The notes under the pieces are model-generated. The model was not told where the DNA came from and made no database searches. It saw nothing but the letters and a program-made list of their open reading frames with translations. A stretch of DNA of 64,000 nt from Pseudomonadota bacterium (lineage in GTDB: Bacteria > Pseudomonadota > Gammaproteobacteria > Eutrophobiales > Eutrophobiaceae): positions 1,205,415-1,269,414 of the forward strand of contig JAYQJO010000001.1 of the NCBI GenBank assembly GCA_038142205.1. The letters are read 5' to 3'. Each line of letters begins with the position of its first letter. The first letter of the stretch is position 1. Of this stretch, positions 50,929 through 61,781 are shown in pieces. The translations under genes were made by a program, and so were the position numbers.

Positions 50929-52047
50929 TCACAGCTTCATTACTTTTATTATTTCATTATTAATCAGTCTGACATCAAACTTACTTTCTACAATTTCACG
51001 GCTAACCTTACCCATAGTTGAAGCTAAATTATTTGATGAAATGAAGTTTTCCATTGCAATAACTAACTCATCAACATTTTTGACTGTTATCAAAAACCCG
51101 TTCTTTTTATCAATAACTGTTTCACGGCAGCCCGGAACATCTGTTGTAATAATAGCTCGTCCCATTGACATTGCTTCCAAAACTGATCTTGGCATTCCTT
51201 CACGATAAGAGGGCAATACAACTACAGATGCATCTCTTACATAGGGCCTTACATCATCCGTCTCTCCTAAATAATCAATCATATTTTTATCCTTTAATTT
51301 TTTCAAATCATCAAAAGATATTGCAGACGGGTTATCATCGAGAGGCCCTAGAACCTTAAACTCAATCTTAGGGTACTTTTTTTTTCAATCTTCTTGCTGC
51401 TTCTATATACTCCATTATTCCCTTATCTTTTAATAGCCTGGCGACCATCAAAAACACTAGATCTCGTTGTGGTAATGGCTGAATCTGAAAAAAGTCTGTA
51501 TCAACACCAGAGCCATTAGTGATCGAGTAGCTCGACTCTTTCTTAATAATTTTATTACTAATAAAAACATCCCTATCATCTTTATTTTGAAAAAAACATT
51601 CGTATTATTTTTCAATGCCAGCTTATACATTCTTGGCACTATTAGTTTTACTACTTTTTGTCTAAATGTTCTTGCTTTAAGAAAAGTACTACCTAAGCCT
51701 GTTATTAATGCATATTGACGCTTCACTCTACAAATTTTTGCTGCAATCAATCCATATACAACTGGTTTAATTGTATAACCGACAACAATATCTGGCTTAA
51801 TTTTTAAAATTAATTTAATAAACCAAATAATTAAGACTAAATCCTTAAATGGATTAATCCCCGTCCGCTCTAATGGTAATGAGTAGTAATGACTTCCCCT
51901 ATTATTAAACCACTCACTTACCTGCCTATCTTTCCCACCTGCGCATGCGAACACATCATGCTTTCGATTCAATAATTCATCTATCAGATTACCTCTAAAA
52001 TTGATGAGTGAACGAGGCCAACTTCCAATAATTAATATTCTTGACAC
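50929..52047 (-). CDS. Glycosyltransferase family 1/4 (GT-B fold), carrying two homopolymer frameshifts (T9 at 51377-51385; A7 at 51590-51596)
   Basis: ORF 51457..52047 is the N-domain. A third frame gives GSGVDTDFFQIQPLPQRDLVFLMVARLLKDKGIMEYIEAARRLKKK. ORF 50929..51306 holds the EGMPRSVLEAMSMGRAIITTDVPG C-domain motif. Confidence 0.7.
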
Positions 52048-52137
52048 AGTTAATTAATTTTAATTTTCATATTCAATAGAACACTTGAATATGTGCTTTT
52101 AAACAATGAATAGTTTACTAAAATTGTACTTATTACA

Positions 52138-52865
52138 TTAAGTTGGTCTGCATACTAATATGAATGACTGAGCAAATTTTTCTGGTATTTTTAAAAACCT
52201 GCATATTTTTTCAATGGGGATTATTAGCTTTGATGCTAATAAACCTAGCCATGGACCTGTCCTAGGATAAAAACTATAAAACATTACTTTTTCTATTTTA
52301 AAACCAGATTCTTTCAACTCAGTTTCAATGCAGCTTAAACTCATCGTGTTTGCTATATTTTTATTCTTTATTTTGTTTCTAATTCTATAAACCATGCCAA
52401 GCGGACTATCAGAATTAACATGTACATTAATCACCAAATACCCATTTTTGTTGATCATATTATACATTTCATTCAAAACATCGAGCCTTAACTGTTTTTG
52501 AGCATTTAAGAAAAACGAAATGCAGTTATTACATCAAATTTTTCATTCAAACTATTTGAAGTAATGTCTTGCTTTAGAAGCTTAGAATTGACGCAGTTAG
52601 CCTTCGAGATCTCAAGCATACTATCAGAAACATCAACTCCACACGTATCATCAAAATAACTTTCAGCTAATTTTATAATTCGACCAGTACCACAAGCAAA
52701 ATCTAAATATTTCACTTTATTTTCGCTTGAAATTTTTTCAAAGATATTTTCTAAAAGAGGCTTTTCTAATAAAGACCACTGTGAACCATAAAATCCTACC
52801 TTATAAGTTTCTGAGTAGAATTTTCCATACCCATCACTAGAGTGGCTTTCTCGATAATCTTGCAT
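52138..52865 (-). CDS. Class I SAM-dependent methyltransferase, frameshifted at A5 run 52511-52515
   Basis: N-terminal ORF has motif I LDFACGTGR. One added base joins ...AFRFFLNAQKQLRLDVLNEMYNMINKNGYLVI to the C-terminal ORF. Confidence 0.7.
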
Positions 52866-52902
52866 ATAACTAACCTGATAAAATTTAAATAGACTTCAGT
52901 TA

Positions 52903-54033
52903 TTAAGTAGAAAACAAACTTCTGTATGTTTGGTCATATGATTCTAGACATTTACTCCAGCCAAAATTTTCTTCAACTCTAATACGACTATTATTAGCCA
53001 TCTTCTCCCTAAGTTGCTTATCATTGCCCAAACGAACAATTGCATTACATATTTGTTCTGGGTTTTTAGAGTCCACCAGAATCCCATTAAAGTCATTAAT
53101 AACAGCTTCTGGATTACCACCTACTTTAGTTGCTATAACTGGGAGGCAATTACTCATCATTTCAAGAATACTGTTGGAAAAACCTTCTTCATGTGAACAT
53201 AACAACCCGATATCAGCTGCTTCTAAATACTCAGTCACATTGTTTTGTGGACCAAACCAACGAACATTATTTATTAAATTAAGTTCCCTTGTTTTTTCTC
53301 TAAGCATCAAGCCATAGCCATCATCTCTTCCCACACATAATACTTCCCAATTCTGTTTAATTTTACCCTTTAATTTGACCAGCGCATTTAACAAGTCCAT
53401 ATGCCCTTTGTATGTCATTAAGTTTGCTACCACTACTATTACCAAGCTATCTTGACTGATTTTAAGTTCATCTCTTTGCCTTATTTTAACTTCACTTGTA
53501 ACTCTATCTCTCAGAGTTACACCGTTATATATAAGACCTAACTTATGCTCAGGAACATTCTCTTTCTTTAATTGTTCTAGCACACAATTTGAATTACCTA
53601 ACATAAAATCAATTTTATTGTGCAACCAATATTCTAGTTTTTTTAGCAATTTATATTTACTTTGATAATTGTTAAGACATCTTCTGCTCATCACTCGTTT
53701 ACTACCAGGGAAAAATAAAGAACATAGTCCCCCTACTAAATAAGCTTCAGGCAAGAAATAATGTGTCACATCCGGTTTTATTTTATGAATATAAAAGAAT
53801 AATTTTGAAAAGTTTGTAAGTAAATTAAGAGCTTTATTGGTTTTAATAGTACCAGTTAACATCGTCACATCAGCAGTTAAATATTTACTTTTCTGAACCT
53901 CATTTCCTTTCATAACATACAGATAAACATCATATTTTGACTTATCAAGCATATTTGATAGATGTATCAAATGATTTTCAGTGCCACCTATTCCCAGTTG
54001 ATTGATCACGAATAATATTTTTATTTTTTGCAT
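52903..54033 (-). CDS. Glycosyltransferase family 4 (GT1 superfamily)
   Basis: 376 aa; C-terminal EGFSNSILEMMSNCLPVIATKVGGNPE motif. Confidence 0.75.
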   Translation of the reverse strand: MQKIKILFVINQLGIGGTENHLIHLSNMLDKSKYDVYLYVMKGNEVQKSKYLTADVTMLTGTIKTNKALNLLTNFSKLFFYIHKIKPDVTHYFLPEAYLVGGLCSLFFPGSKRVMSRRCLNNYQSKYKLLKKLEYWLHNKIDFMLGNSNCVLEQLKKENVPEHKLGLIYNGVTLRDRVTSEVKIRQRDELKISQDSLVIVVVANLMTYKGHMDLLNALVKLKGKIKQNWEVLCVGRDDGYGLMLREKTRELNLINNVRWFGPQNNVTEYLEAADIGLLCSHEEGFSNSILEMMSNCLPVIATKVGGNPEAVINDFNGILVDSKNPEQICNAIVRLGNDKQLREKMANNSRIRVEENFGWSKCLESYDQTYRSLFST

Positions 54034-54051
54034 TTGATCTATTCTCTGCTA

Positions 54052-54885
54052 CTAATCAACAGTATTATGCTTAAACTTATTGAATAACATATTAATTGCT
54101 GCTTTTTGTTTAAGGCTCTCACCATACTGTTTATTAAAATAACAATATGCAGTCGCATATGAAAACTTGTCAGCCCAACTCATGTCCACATCACATTCTG
54201 ACTTATCTCTATAACCTTTTAAAAATGCTTCTTTTAATGCAGGAAGCTTATTCCATTTCATATGAAAATAGTTCCATACTGGTACTAACCCATTCAAACA
54301 AGAAATCATATTTCCAATATCGATATATATTGGACCTAAATTACTTGTCCTAAATGTTGTGAAGTTATTAGGAGAGGCATCATATATTACGATATTATTC
54401 TCTCCGTTTATATTATTTACACTAATATTCGAAAAACCAAAATCACAATGCATGTATGTCATAGGCAATCTTCTTGTATAACTATCAATGTCATTAACCC
54501 CGCATTTCCTCATTGCTTTGATAAACGGCTCAGAAGGGAACCAGTAATTTCTTTCATTAAGCATCATACTATTGTGCAATGTTGCTAATACGCCTCCTAC
54601 TCTCTCAAATAATGAAACAGCATCTCTTTCTTTAATAAGATCTTTCATGAAAGCAATATATTCTTCTCTTATAGATTTTTCTGATTTTATATTCTCAAAC
54701 TTTACGGTATTTCCATTCTTTTCGAGTGGCTCAGGAAATATAAACGCGAGCTTTTTAGACAAATCAAATATATGCCTCGATTTTATGTACTCCTTATCAG
54801 AGTCAACATCATATTTTTTTATAACCTCATTATCTTTTAGAAATACATTCTTACTTTTATTTAAATATATATTCTTATCTTCCAT
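54052..54885 (-). CDS. Protein-kinase-like fold phosphotransferase (APH/choline-kinase/LPS-kinase-like) embedded in the polysaccharide cluster
   Basis: 277 aa with Brenner catalytic motif HCDFGFSN (HxDxxxxN) and downstream IDIGN (DxG-like metal-binding) motif. Confidence 0.5.
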   Translation of the reverse strand: MEDKNIYLNKSKNVFLKDNEVIKKYDVDSDKEYIKSRHIFDLSKKLAFIFPEPLEKNGNTVKFENIKSEKSIREEYIAFMKDLIKERDAVSLFERVGGVLATLHNSMMLNERNYWFPSEPFIKAMRKCGVNDIDSYTRRLPMTYMHCDFGFSNISVNNINGENNIVIYDASPNNFTTFRTSNLGPIYIDIGNMISCLNGLVPVWNYFHMKWNKLPALKEAFLKGYRDKSECDVDMSWADKFSYATAYCYFNKQYGESLKQKAAINMLFNKFKHNTVD

Positions 54886-55003
54886 ATTTTATACTCTATA
54901 CATCATTTTATTTTCCAATAGACATTTTCTAATTAATAAGAAAAAACATGCAGACTGAATCAATGCAACCACCAACTCAATAATTACTGCACCTACAATT
55001 CCA

Positions 55004-56166
55004 TTATCTGGAACCACCATAAAACAGCCGATAGAAAGCAACAGCAAAGAGAAAAAAACTTACAATCAATTGTGCTTTAAATTGCCTAATCGCGGTTAAC
55101 ACATATACCATGTATAAAACCATATTATTTGCAGCAGCAGCAAACATTATTAATAAAAGCTTGTCTGAATGGCCTGACAATTTGTCTCCATAGATTACTG
55201 AAATAATAAAATCGCCAAAAAAATAGATGAAAAACATTCCTAGCGTACCAATTACCATGCCTGTTATTGCAAGCCTATATAACAACCCCATAAATTCTTT
55301 ACTGTTTTTTTTCATGATAACACTTTGATAATTTAGATAAATAAGGTGTTCCAAATGAAGCTGCAATAAGTGAAGAAGCTACAGAAAAATATACAAGTGC
55401 AGCATAAATACCCAATGTACTTGTGCCATTATAAAAAGCTATAAAATATTTTGAAATATTTGGTAATAAAGAAGAAAAGAAAGCAACTCCACACAGGGGT
55501 AATGCTAAAAAGAAAATTTCTTTTATACTCTCAAGACGACCTTTGAAAAAAAAAATTCAGTACCGAAGGAGATGATAACTCTGTTTTTAATAATACTGCA
55601 TTCAAATCATATAATAATAATATAATCACATGACTAACAATCAACCCCAACGCAATATGAATTAAATTCCCACCTTTATAGATAATTAAAATTGAAATGA
55701 TTACTGAAACAATTGATTTCAATATTAACGATAACCCAACATTGAATAAATCATCGTTCTTTTGAAAAAAACCATAAATAATATCACTTAATGATTCAAA
55801 ACACTTTGCGCCCGCGATTATCAGCAAAACCCAACGCATATGAGCATTATCAATAAAAACAAATGAATAACTTATAATTATAAACAGGGCTGTCAAAGAA
55901 GTGATAAATCGCAAACTATAATAATCCGTGTTGGCATGCTCTGCTTTAGCATCAGATGTTATCACAAGCCTCAAACGCATATTTGTTAACATAAATACAG
56001 GGGCAGAAATAGCAAAAGCTAGTGCGTATATACCTACTGAATCTAAACCTAATACATTTGTAATTAATATTACTATTAACCATGAACTTGCCGCATAGCC
56101 AATATTACCAGCTGTATACCAAAGTGAATTTTTTAGTATTGAATTACTTAATAAACTTCTTAACAT
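55004..56166 (-). CDS. wzx: Wzx-type O-antigen/polysaccharide flippase (MOP/PST family), with at least two frameshifts in A10 (55546-55555) and T8 (55305-55312) runs
   Basis: Hydrophobic N-terminal ORF 55531..56166 and C-terminal ORF 55004..55366. A third frame across 55367..55530 gives membrane-protein-like sequence (LALPLCGVAFFSSLLPNISKYFIAFYNGTSTLGIYAALVYF...). Confidence 0.6.
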
Positions 56167-56218
56167 AAATATTAATACAACTATATTTTAATGCCGCATT
56201 TTCATATAGAAAAAATAT

Positions 56219-58170
56219 TTAACTTATCCACTTTTCATACCAAGATTGAAACATAATAACATTCCATAATTGATGATGACAATTTCTTACGCCAGACTGA
56301 TGATCTTCCCATGCTTTCTTTATTACATTGCTGTCTAACACTCCTTGTTCTTTAATTTTTTCATAATCTAATAAATCCATTGCCCATTTTTTTAAAGGCC
56401 CTCTCAACCATTTATCTAATGGAATACCAAAGCCCATTTTGGGTCGATTTACCAACTCTTCAGGGACATGCTTATACAATACCTGTCTCAATAAATACTT
56501 GCCTTGATTATTTTGTATTTTATATTTGATTGGAATCTGCCAAGCAAAATCAATCAAGTTGTGATTTAAATAGGGAACCCTACTTTCTAAACTAACAGCC
56601 ATCGAAGCTCTGTCTACTTTAACAAGTACGTCATCGGATAAATATTTAACAGTATCGTTATATAACATTTTTTTGGTTGCTGTTAAATTCTTCATGACTT
56701 CATCTTCTACACGGTTATTAACAGTATTATGATTAATCACAATTTTAGAATTAAACCACGTTGAAGTAAGCGATCTATAGAGTTCATCATCACTTTCCAT
56801 ATTTAGTACGCGACCAATTTTATGAATTTTTTCGCCGGCTAATCGCAATTGATAATTTACTGGAATATATTTTGATAAAGTCTTATAAATTGTATCCCAC
56901 TTTTCTGGTGAAACACCTAACAGTATATTCCCAAGAAACATACGTATGCTAGAAGGTAGTTTATTAGCTCTTTCACTAATATTATAGCTATATACATGTC
57001 GGTTGTAGCCGCAAAATAATTCATCAGCCCCATCACCAGATAACGCTACTTTAACTTTTGTTTTAGCTAATTTTGAAACCAAATAAGTAGGGATTTGCGA
57101 AGAATCTGCAAAAGGTTCATCATATATATCGGCTAATAAAGGAATGGTTGCCATTGCGTCGGCAGATGACACTATCATTTCTGTATGATCTGTCTTTAGG
57201 TGCTCAGCTACAGCACGTGCTTGTATCGACTCATCATATCCAACTTCAGAAAAACCCATAGAAAATGTTTTAATAGGGTTTACTGATTGTTTTTGCATCA
57301 AAGCTACAACCAACGATGAATCAATACCTCCAGATAAAAATGCACCTATCGGAACATCAGAAACCATACATGATTTAACTGCACTTTTAAGCCGTATTTC
57401 CAATTCATTAACAAGTTCATTTTCATTGAGGCCAGTGATAGGATTTTGTTCTCCATGTTCAACTACATCTTTAAGGGACCAATATGATTTAACATCAGGT
57501 AGCTTACCTACTGAATTTAAATTAACCTTGCAAAATGAGCCAGACTCTAATTTACGGAAACCTTTGAAAATACAGAATGGAGAAGGGACATAAGAATATT
57601 GAAAAAATCCTGATAGCGATTCAATGTCTAACTCTGGCTTGAAGTCAGGCCAAGCTTTGAAAGCTTTGAGCTCAGATGCAAACATAAAAACACCTTTATA
57701 CCAGCCATAGTACAATGGCTTCTCACCAAGCCTATCCCTACATAAATATAACGTTTTATTTTTTTATCCCATACAGCTATCGCAAACATTCCTATTGTTT
57801 TTTTTATAGTTTTTTCAATCCCCCATTTTGATACACTTTCAATCAATACCTTGGTATCTGAATGGCCATCAAATTCAACACCCTCTGCTGATAATTGCTT
57901 ACGCAGCTCTAAAAAGTTATAGATTTCTCCGTTAAACACCATTACATAGCGACCACATGTTGAGTGAATTGGTTGTCCGCCAGTTTCACTAAGGTCAATA
58001 ATAGAAAGCCTTCTGTGCCCCATTGCAATACTATTATTTTCTCCGCACCATATCCCTATTGCATCTGGTCCACGGTGAGTTAAAGATTTAGCTGATTCTC
58101 TAACAATAGAGTCGACGGGCCGTTCTGGCATTGAGTTTGGGTGGATTAAAAAGCCCGTTAGACCGCACAT
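56219..58170 (-). CDS. Asparagine synthase (glutamine-hydrolysing)-family amidotransferase (AsnB/WbpS-like), frameshifted at T7 run 57759-57765
   Basis: ORF 57628..58170 has the N-terminal Cys2 GATase domain (MCGLTGF...). ORF 56219..57715 has the synthetase PP-loop SGGIDSS. The junction ...FAIAVWDKK/NKTLYLCRDRLGEKPLYYGW is restored by one added base. Confidence 0.8.
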
Positions 58171-58248
58171 GATAATTTTTTTTTCATAGGAATTGATTCT
58201 TAAAAATAACTTTCAGCAGTAGAAAAATATAAATTTCTAGTATTTATA

Positions 58249-59613
58249 TTACTTAGATGATGTAGTACTTATTCTTGAAGCTGCATATAGTAGAATTATC
58301 ACAAACCAAAATAAGGGATGCCTTAAGGTTAGATGTGCCGAAGAGAATATTAATAAAGCAGTTAAAGCAAAAAGACCGTGAAAGTCTTTTTTTAACAAAG
58401 TTAAATAAGCTACCCTACCAGCGAACAGAAAAAATATTAATACGCCAACGATGCCAGCATTGGTTAATAAGTCCAAGTATGTGTTATGAGATTCCATACC
58501 CATAAATGGAGCTTCTATACCTGAGTAGGCACCAGGGCCAAATCCGAATACAGGTGAGTATTTCCACGCTTCAATACTATTTTCATATAAATACAATCGT
58601 GCATTTATCTTCCCTTCCTCACCCCCAGTGACTTTCTTAGTCATACTATCCTTCTTATTCTTATTCTTATTCTTATTCTTATTCTTATTCTTATTCTTAT
58701 CGTCAGCATAAATTCCATCATTTTTAACATCAATTTTTTTAATTATTCCTGATGCGACTTTCGAATACAAAATTCCAGACATATACATTGAGCTATTACC
58801 TGGCCTCTTAAAAATATCATCAGCGAGCATATAAAACATCACGCCTGTTATCAAAACTAGCAAGGGGTAAAGCCAAAAGTAGTTTGTTTTTTTTCTACAT
58901 GATAGATAGGCAATAAACATGATTAAATAAAATACTGCTATTATTTCTACAGCACTACTTAATGCATCCGATCTTATATGCCATCCCATCCAAAATATTA
59001 AGGTTATAAAAATAGCGAATATGATTTTATTTTCCTTAGTTATTTGCCTTATTGCTAAAAATGGCAACAGACAAAATAAAAGGGCTAACTGATTTGGGTT
59101 TTTCGACCAAGCGCTGAAACGTGTAGCATTATGATAAGAAGTTAATCGCAAATTCTGGTACCAGTCAGTACTCAAACTAAAATGCTTTATTGATATCTCA
59201 ATAGAATACGCAACTAATAGTAATGACACAGAAATATATATTAGATATTTTACTATTCTTTCCGCGCTTTCTGAAAAAAAACAAATCCTCGTATAAATTA
59301 ATAAACTTACAAATGCTGCATAACAATAACCGATCGTGCTGTGTAAGACAATTGAGCCTTTAGGTAAATTCAAATACTGGCTCATAAAAACGCCCAACAA
59401 TATTGATGTTAATAATGCCGACCAAAAGTATAAAATCGGCTTTATTTTAACCATCAATTCTTTATAGCCTGCTTTTTGCAGCACTTGATAAAATATGCTG
59501 AAACTTAAAAGTATCATTAATACTTCACTAAGCCCGACAGGAAGATCAAAAAATCTTAAATTAGTTGCAGCAGATAAGAATAGAGCAAGAGCAAAAATAA
59601 AATCAATCATCAT
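58249..59613 (-). CDS. wzy: O-antigen polymerase/ligase-family membrane protein (Wzy_C domain) with an internal (Lys-Asn)8 low-complexity loop
   Basis: 454 aa polytopic protein with Wzy_C-type motif ESHNTYLDLLTNAGIVG in a large loop. The KNKNKNKNKNKNKNKK stretch is encoded by the hexanucleotide repeat at 58654..58701. Confidence 0.65.
   Translation of the reverse strand: MMIDFIFALALFLSAATNLRFFDLPVGLSEVLMILLSFSIFYQVLQKAGYKELMVKIKPILYFWSALLTSILLGVFMSQYLNLPKGSIVLHSTIGYCYAAFVSLLIYTRICFFSESAERIVKYLIYISVSLLLVAYSIEISIKHFSLSTDWYQNLRLTSYHNATRFSAWSKNPNQLALLFCLLPFLAIRQITKENKIIFAIFITLIFWMGWHIRSDALSSAVEIIAVFYLIMFIAYLSCRKKTNYFWLYPLLVLITGVMFYMLADDIFKRPGNSSMYMSGILYSKVASGIIKKIDVKNDGIYADDKNKNKNKNKNKNKNKKDSMTKKVTGGEEGKINARLYLYENSIEAWKYSPVFGFGPGAYSGIEAPFMGMESHNTYLDLLTNAGIVGVLIFFLFAGRVAYLTLLKKDFHGLFALTALLIFSSAHLTLRHPLFWFVIILLYAASRISTTSSK
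58654..58701. repeat. Hexanucleotide tandem repeat (CTTATT)7 plus one imperfect unit inside the wzy coding region
   Basis: Read directly; in-frame and encodes (NK)n. Confidence 0.9.
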
Positions 59614-59708
59614 TGTTATGATTTATTAGTCATATTCTAATGAATATCTATAAATAATTTTTATTGTGTTTTTATATAAGTCTATCAACATATTTTATGT
59701 CATTAAAA

Positions 59709-60596
59709 TCATACAAGATACTTAACTTCTGAACCTTCGCCGATTTCTTCTTGCAAAATTAATTTTTCATTTTCTTTTTTCCACAAACTTCCTTGCTCAA
59801 CTTCGATTCCTTTTGATAGCACATTTCGAGATATTGCGACCACTCCTCCTTCTTTTAAATACATTCTTATATTTTCAATCCCTAATCTAATTTGATCATC
59901 TGAAAAATATTGTTTATTTAGAAGGTTACTAACTCTTATCACATCAAATTTATGATGTAGCTTTACATTATATTTGAAACAATCCTGTTCTATTAAAGAA
60001 ATACTTTTGTTGTTACAAACCAGTGGATTAAGTAAAGATATTGTATGTGACTCAACGAAGGAACTACGGAATTTACTTAATTTTAAATAAATACTGGAAA
60101 AAAAATTAGAAAATATGCACCACTTGTGTTCTGAATCAGGCAGCCTTAATCCCAAGCGCCAAACTCTTAAAAGTACAGGACCCCCTGTAGTTGCGCGATA
60201 TTCTTTAAGAAAATATTTTTTATAAACCTTTAATTCTAGAAATTTATCCATGATTGTTACGCTTATTTTTTTTTCCATAAATTCTGTTTGCAGGAACTCC
60301 TGAAGCTCTAGCGTTGTTATTCCATCAGATGCGCCTAAATCCAATATAGTTATAGAATCATAATTGTGTTTTTTTAAGTTACGTAATAAAAGTTTAGATA
60401 CTCCTACTAATCTTCCTGAATTTGTTCTTTTCCATGTATTTTCAATTCGCACGTCGTCTAAGATTTTACTAAATTTTTTAGTCAGCTCAGGAGTCCAATC
60501 TCCTGATTGATACTTTCTCAAACATTCAAAATCAGCATGAAAAACATACCTCCAAATCCTCTGATCAGGGATTGCTCCTTTAGAAATTATTTTCAT
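59709..60596 (-). CDS. Putative SAM-dependent methyltransferase-like protein (FkbM-like?)
   Basis: 295 aa; the only recognisable element is a glycine-rich motif-I-like segment ILDLGASDGITT. Confidence 0.35.
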   Translation of the reverse strand: MKIISKGAIPDQRIWRYVFHADFECLRKYQSGDWTPELTKKFSKILDDVRIENTWKRTNSGRLVGVSKLLLRNLKKHNYDSITILDLGASDGITTLELQEFLQTEFMEKKISVTIMDKFLELKVYKKYFLKEYRATTGGPVLLRVWRLGLRLPDSEHKWCIFSNFFSSIYLKLSKFRSSFVESHTISLLNPLVCNNKSISLIEQDCFKYNVKLHHKFDVIRVSNLLNKQYFSDDQIRLGIENIRMYLKEGGVVAISRNVLSKGIEVEQGSLWKKENEKLILQEEIGEGSEVKYLV

Positions 60597-60608
60597 GAAT
60601 AAAAATGA

Positions 60609-61781
60609 TTAGATATTGTTTAATGTCATTTGTGTTGCATTAATCATTTTTCTTTTGGAATACTTACCTATAATATAATTTCTAATCTCTGATGAATCAT
60701 AATTTCCGGACTTATAATCAGAGACAACTGATGACCATGCACTGGCTAACTCACTTGGGGAACCAATAGGCACAACCTTTCCAAATATAGAAATAATTTC
60801 TTTGACATCACTAACATCTGTCGAAACGCAAGGGTTCCCACAAGACATACCTTCTATAATAACATTTGGGAATCCTTCTGATTTTGAGGTTAGAGTAAGA
60901 ACATCGATCGCATTATAGATTTCAACCATGTTTTCTTGTTTACCTAACCAAGTCACGTTATTTTCTAATCCTAATGACATTGATAAGCTTTGTAATTTTT
61001 CAAGTTCTTTATCCGCCCCTTCTCCAACACATATCAATTTAATATTATTATCATGCTGACAATAAATTGAAGCTGCTTTTAAAAATACGTCATGTGCCTT
61101 TAATGGGTGAATTCTTGCAACCAAGCCAATGATTATCACTTCATCAGCAACACCTATTTTTTTGCGCCAAGACTTGCCCTGTTCTGGCTCATATTTATAT
61201 TCGTCTGTGTCTACGCCATTATTAATAACTGTCCAGTTTTTGCATTTGAACCCTTTATCAATATGAAACTGCATAACTTTATTAGAATTAGCAATAACAT
61301 TTTCAATCATACCAGAGACATATTTACAAAATAAAAATGGAATTTTTACTTTTAAACTGCCGCCAATCCCAGTAGATCTCACACCCCATACTAACTTACA
61401 GTTACTTAAACTTAAGCTTACTAATAATGCAATAAAATTTGTTAACTCTAGCATGCTATAAAGAATAACTGATTCATTCTTTTTAAGTAATTTTCTAAAT
61501 TTAAAAAACCAAAAAACTGGAAATAAAAAATCTAGATACTTTAAAGAACATCTATTCAATAAAGGTATAACATCAATTTCACTATTAACTTCTTTACTTA
61601 GAATCAAAGGATCGCTCTTCAACAAAGTAATGATGGTTACTTTAAATTCTTTCTTGCTTAACCCATTAGCTAATTCTATTAGTTGTCGCTCAGTACCCGC
61701 ATACTCGATACTGCCAATAAAAAATACTAAATTTTTCAGCTCTAAACCTTTCTCTAGTTCTAAATTACATCCAGCGTTCAT
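60609..61781 (-). CDS. Glycosyltransferase family 4
   Basis: 390 aa; C-terminal EGFPNVIIEGMSCGNPCVSTDV motif. Confidence 0.75.
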   Translation of the reverse strand: MNAGCNLELEKGLELKNLVFFIGSIEYAGTERQLIELANGLSKKEFKVTIITLLKSDPLILSKEVNSEIDVIPLLNRCSLKYLDFLFPVFWFFKFRKLLKKNESVILYSMLELTNFIALLVSLSLSNCKLVWGVRSTGIGGSLKVKIPFLFCKYVSGMIENVIANSNKVMQFHIDKGFKCKNWTVINNGVDTDEYKYEPEQGKSWRKKIGVADEVIIIGLVARIHPLKAHDVFLKAASIYCQHDNNIKLICVGEGADKELEKLQSLSMSLGLENNVTWLGKQENMVEIYNAIDVLTLTSKSEGFPNVIIEGMSCGNPCVSTDVSDVKEIISIFGKVVPIGSPSELASAWSSVVSDYKSGNYDSSEIRNYIIGKYSKRKMINATQMTLNNI

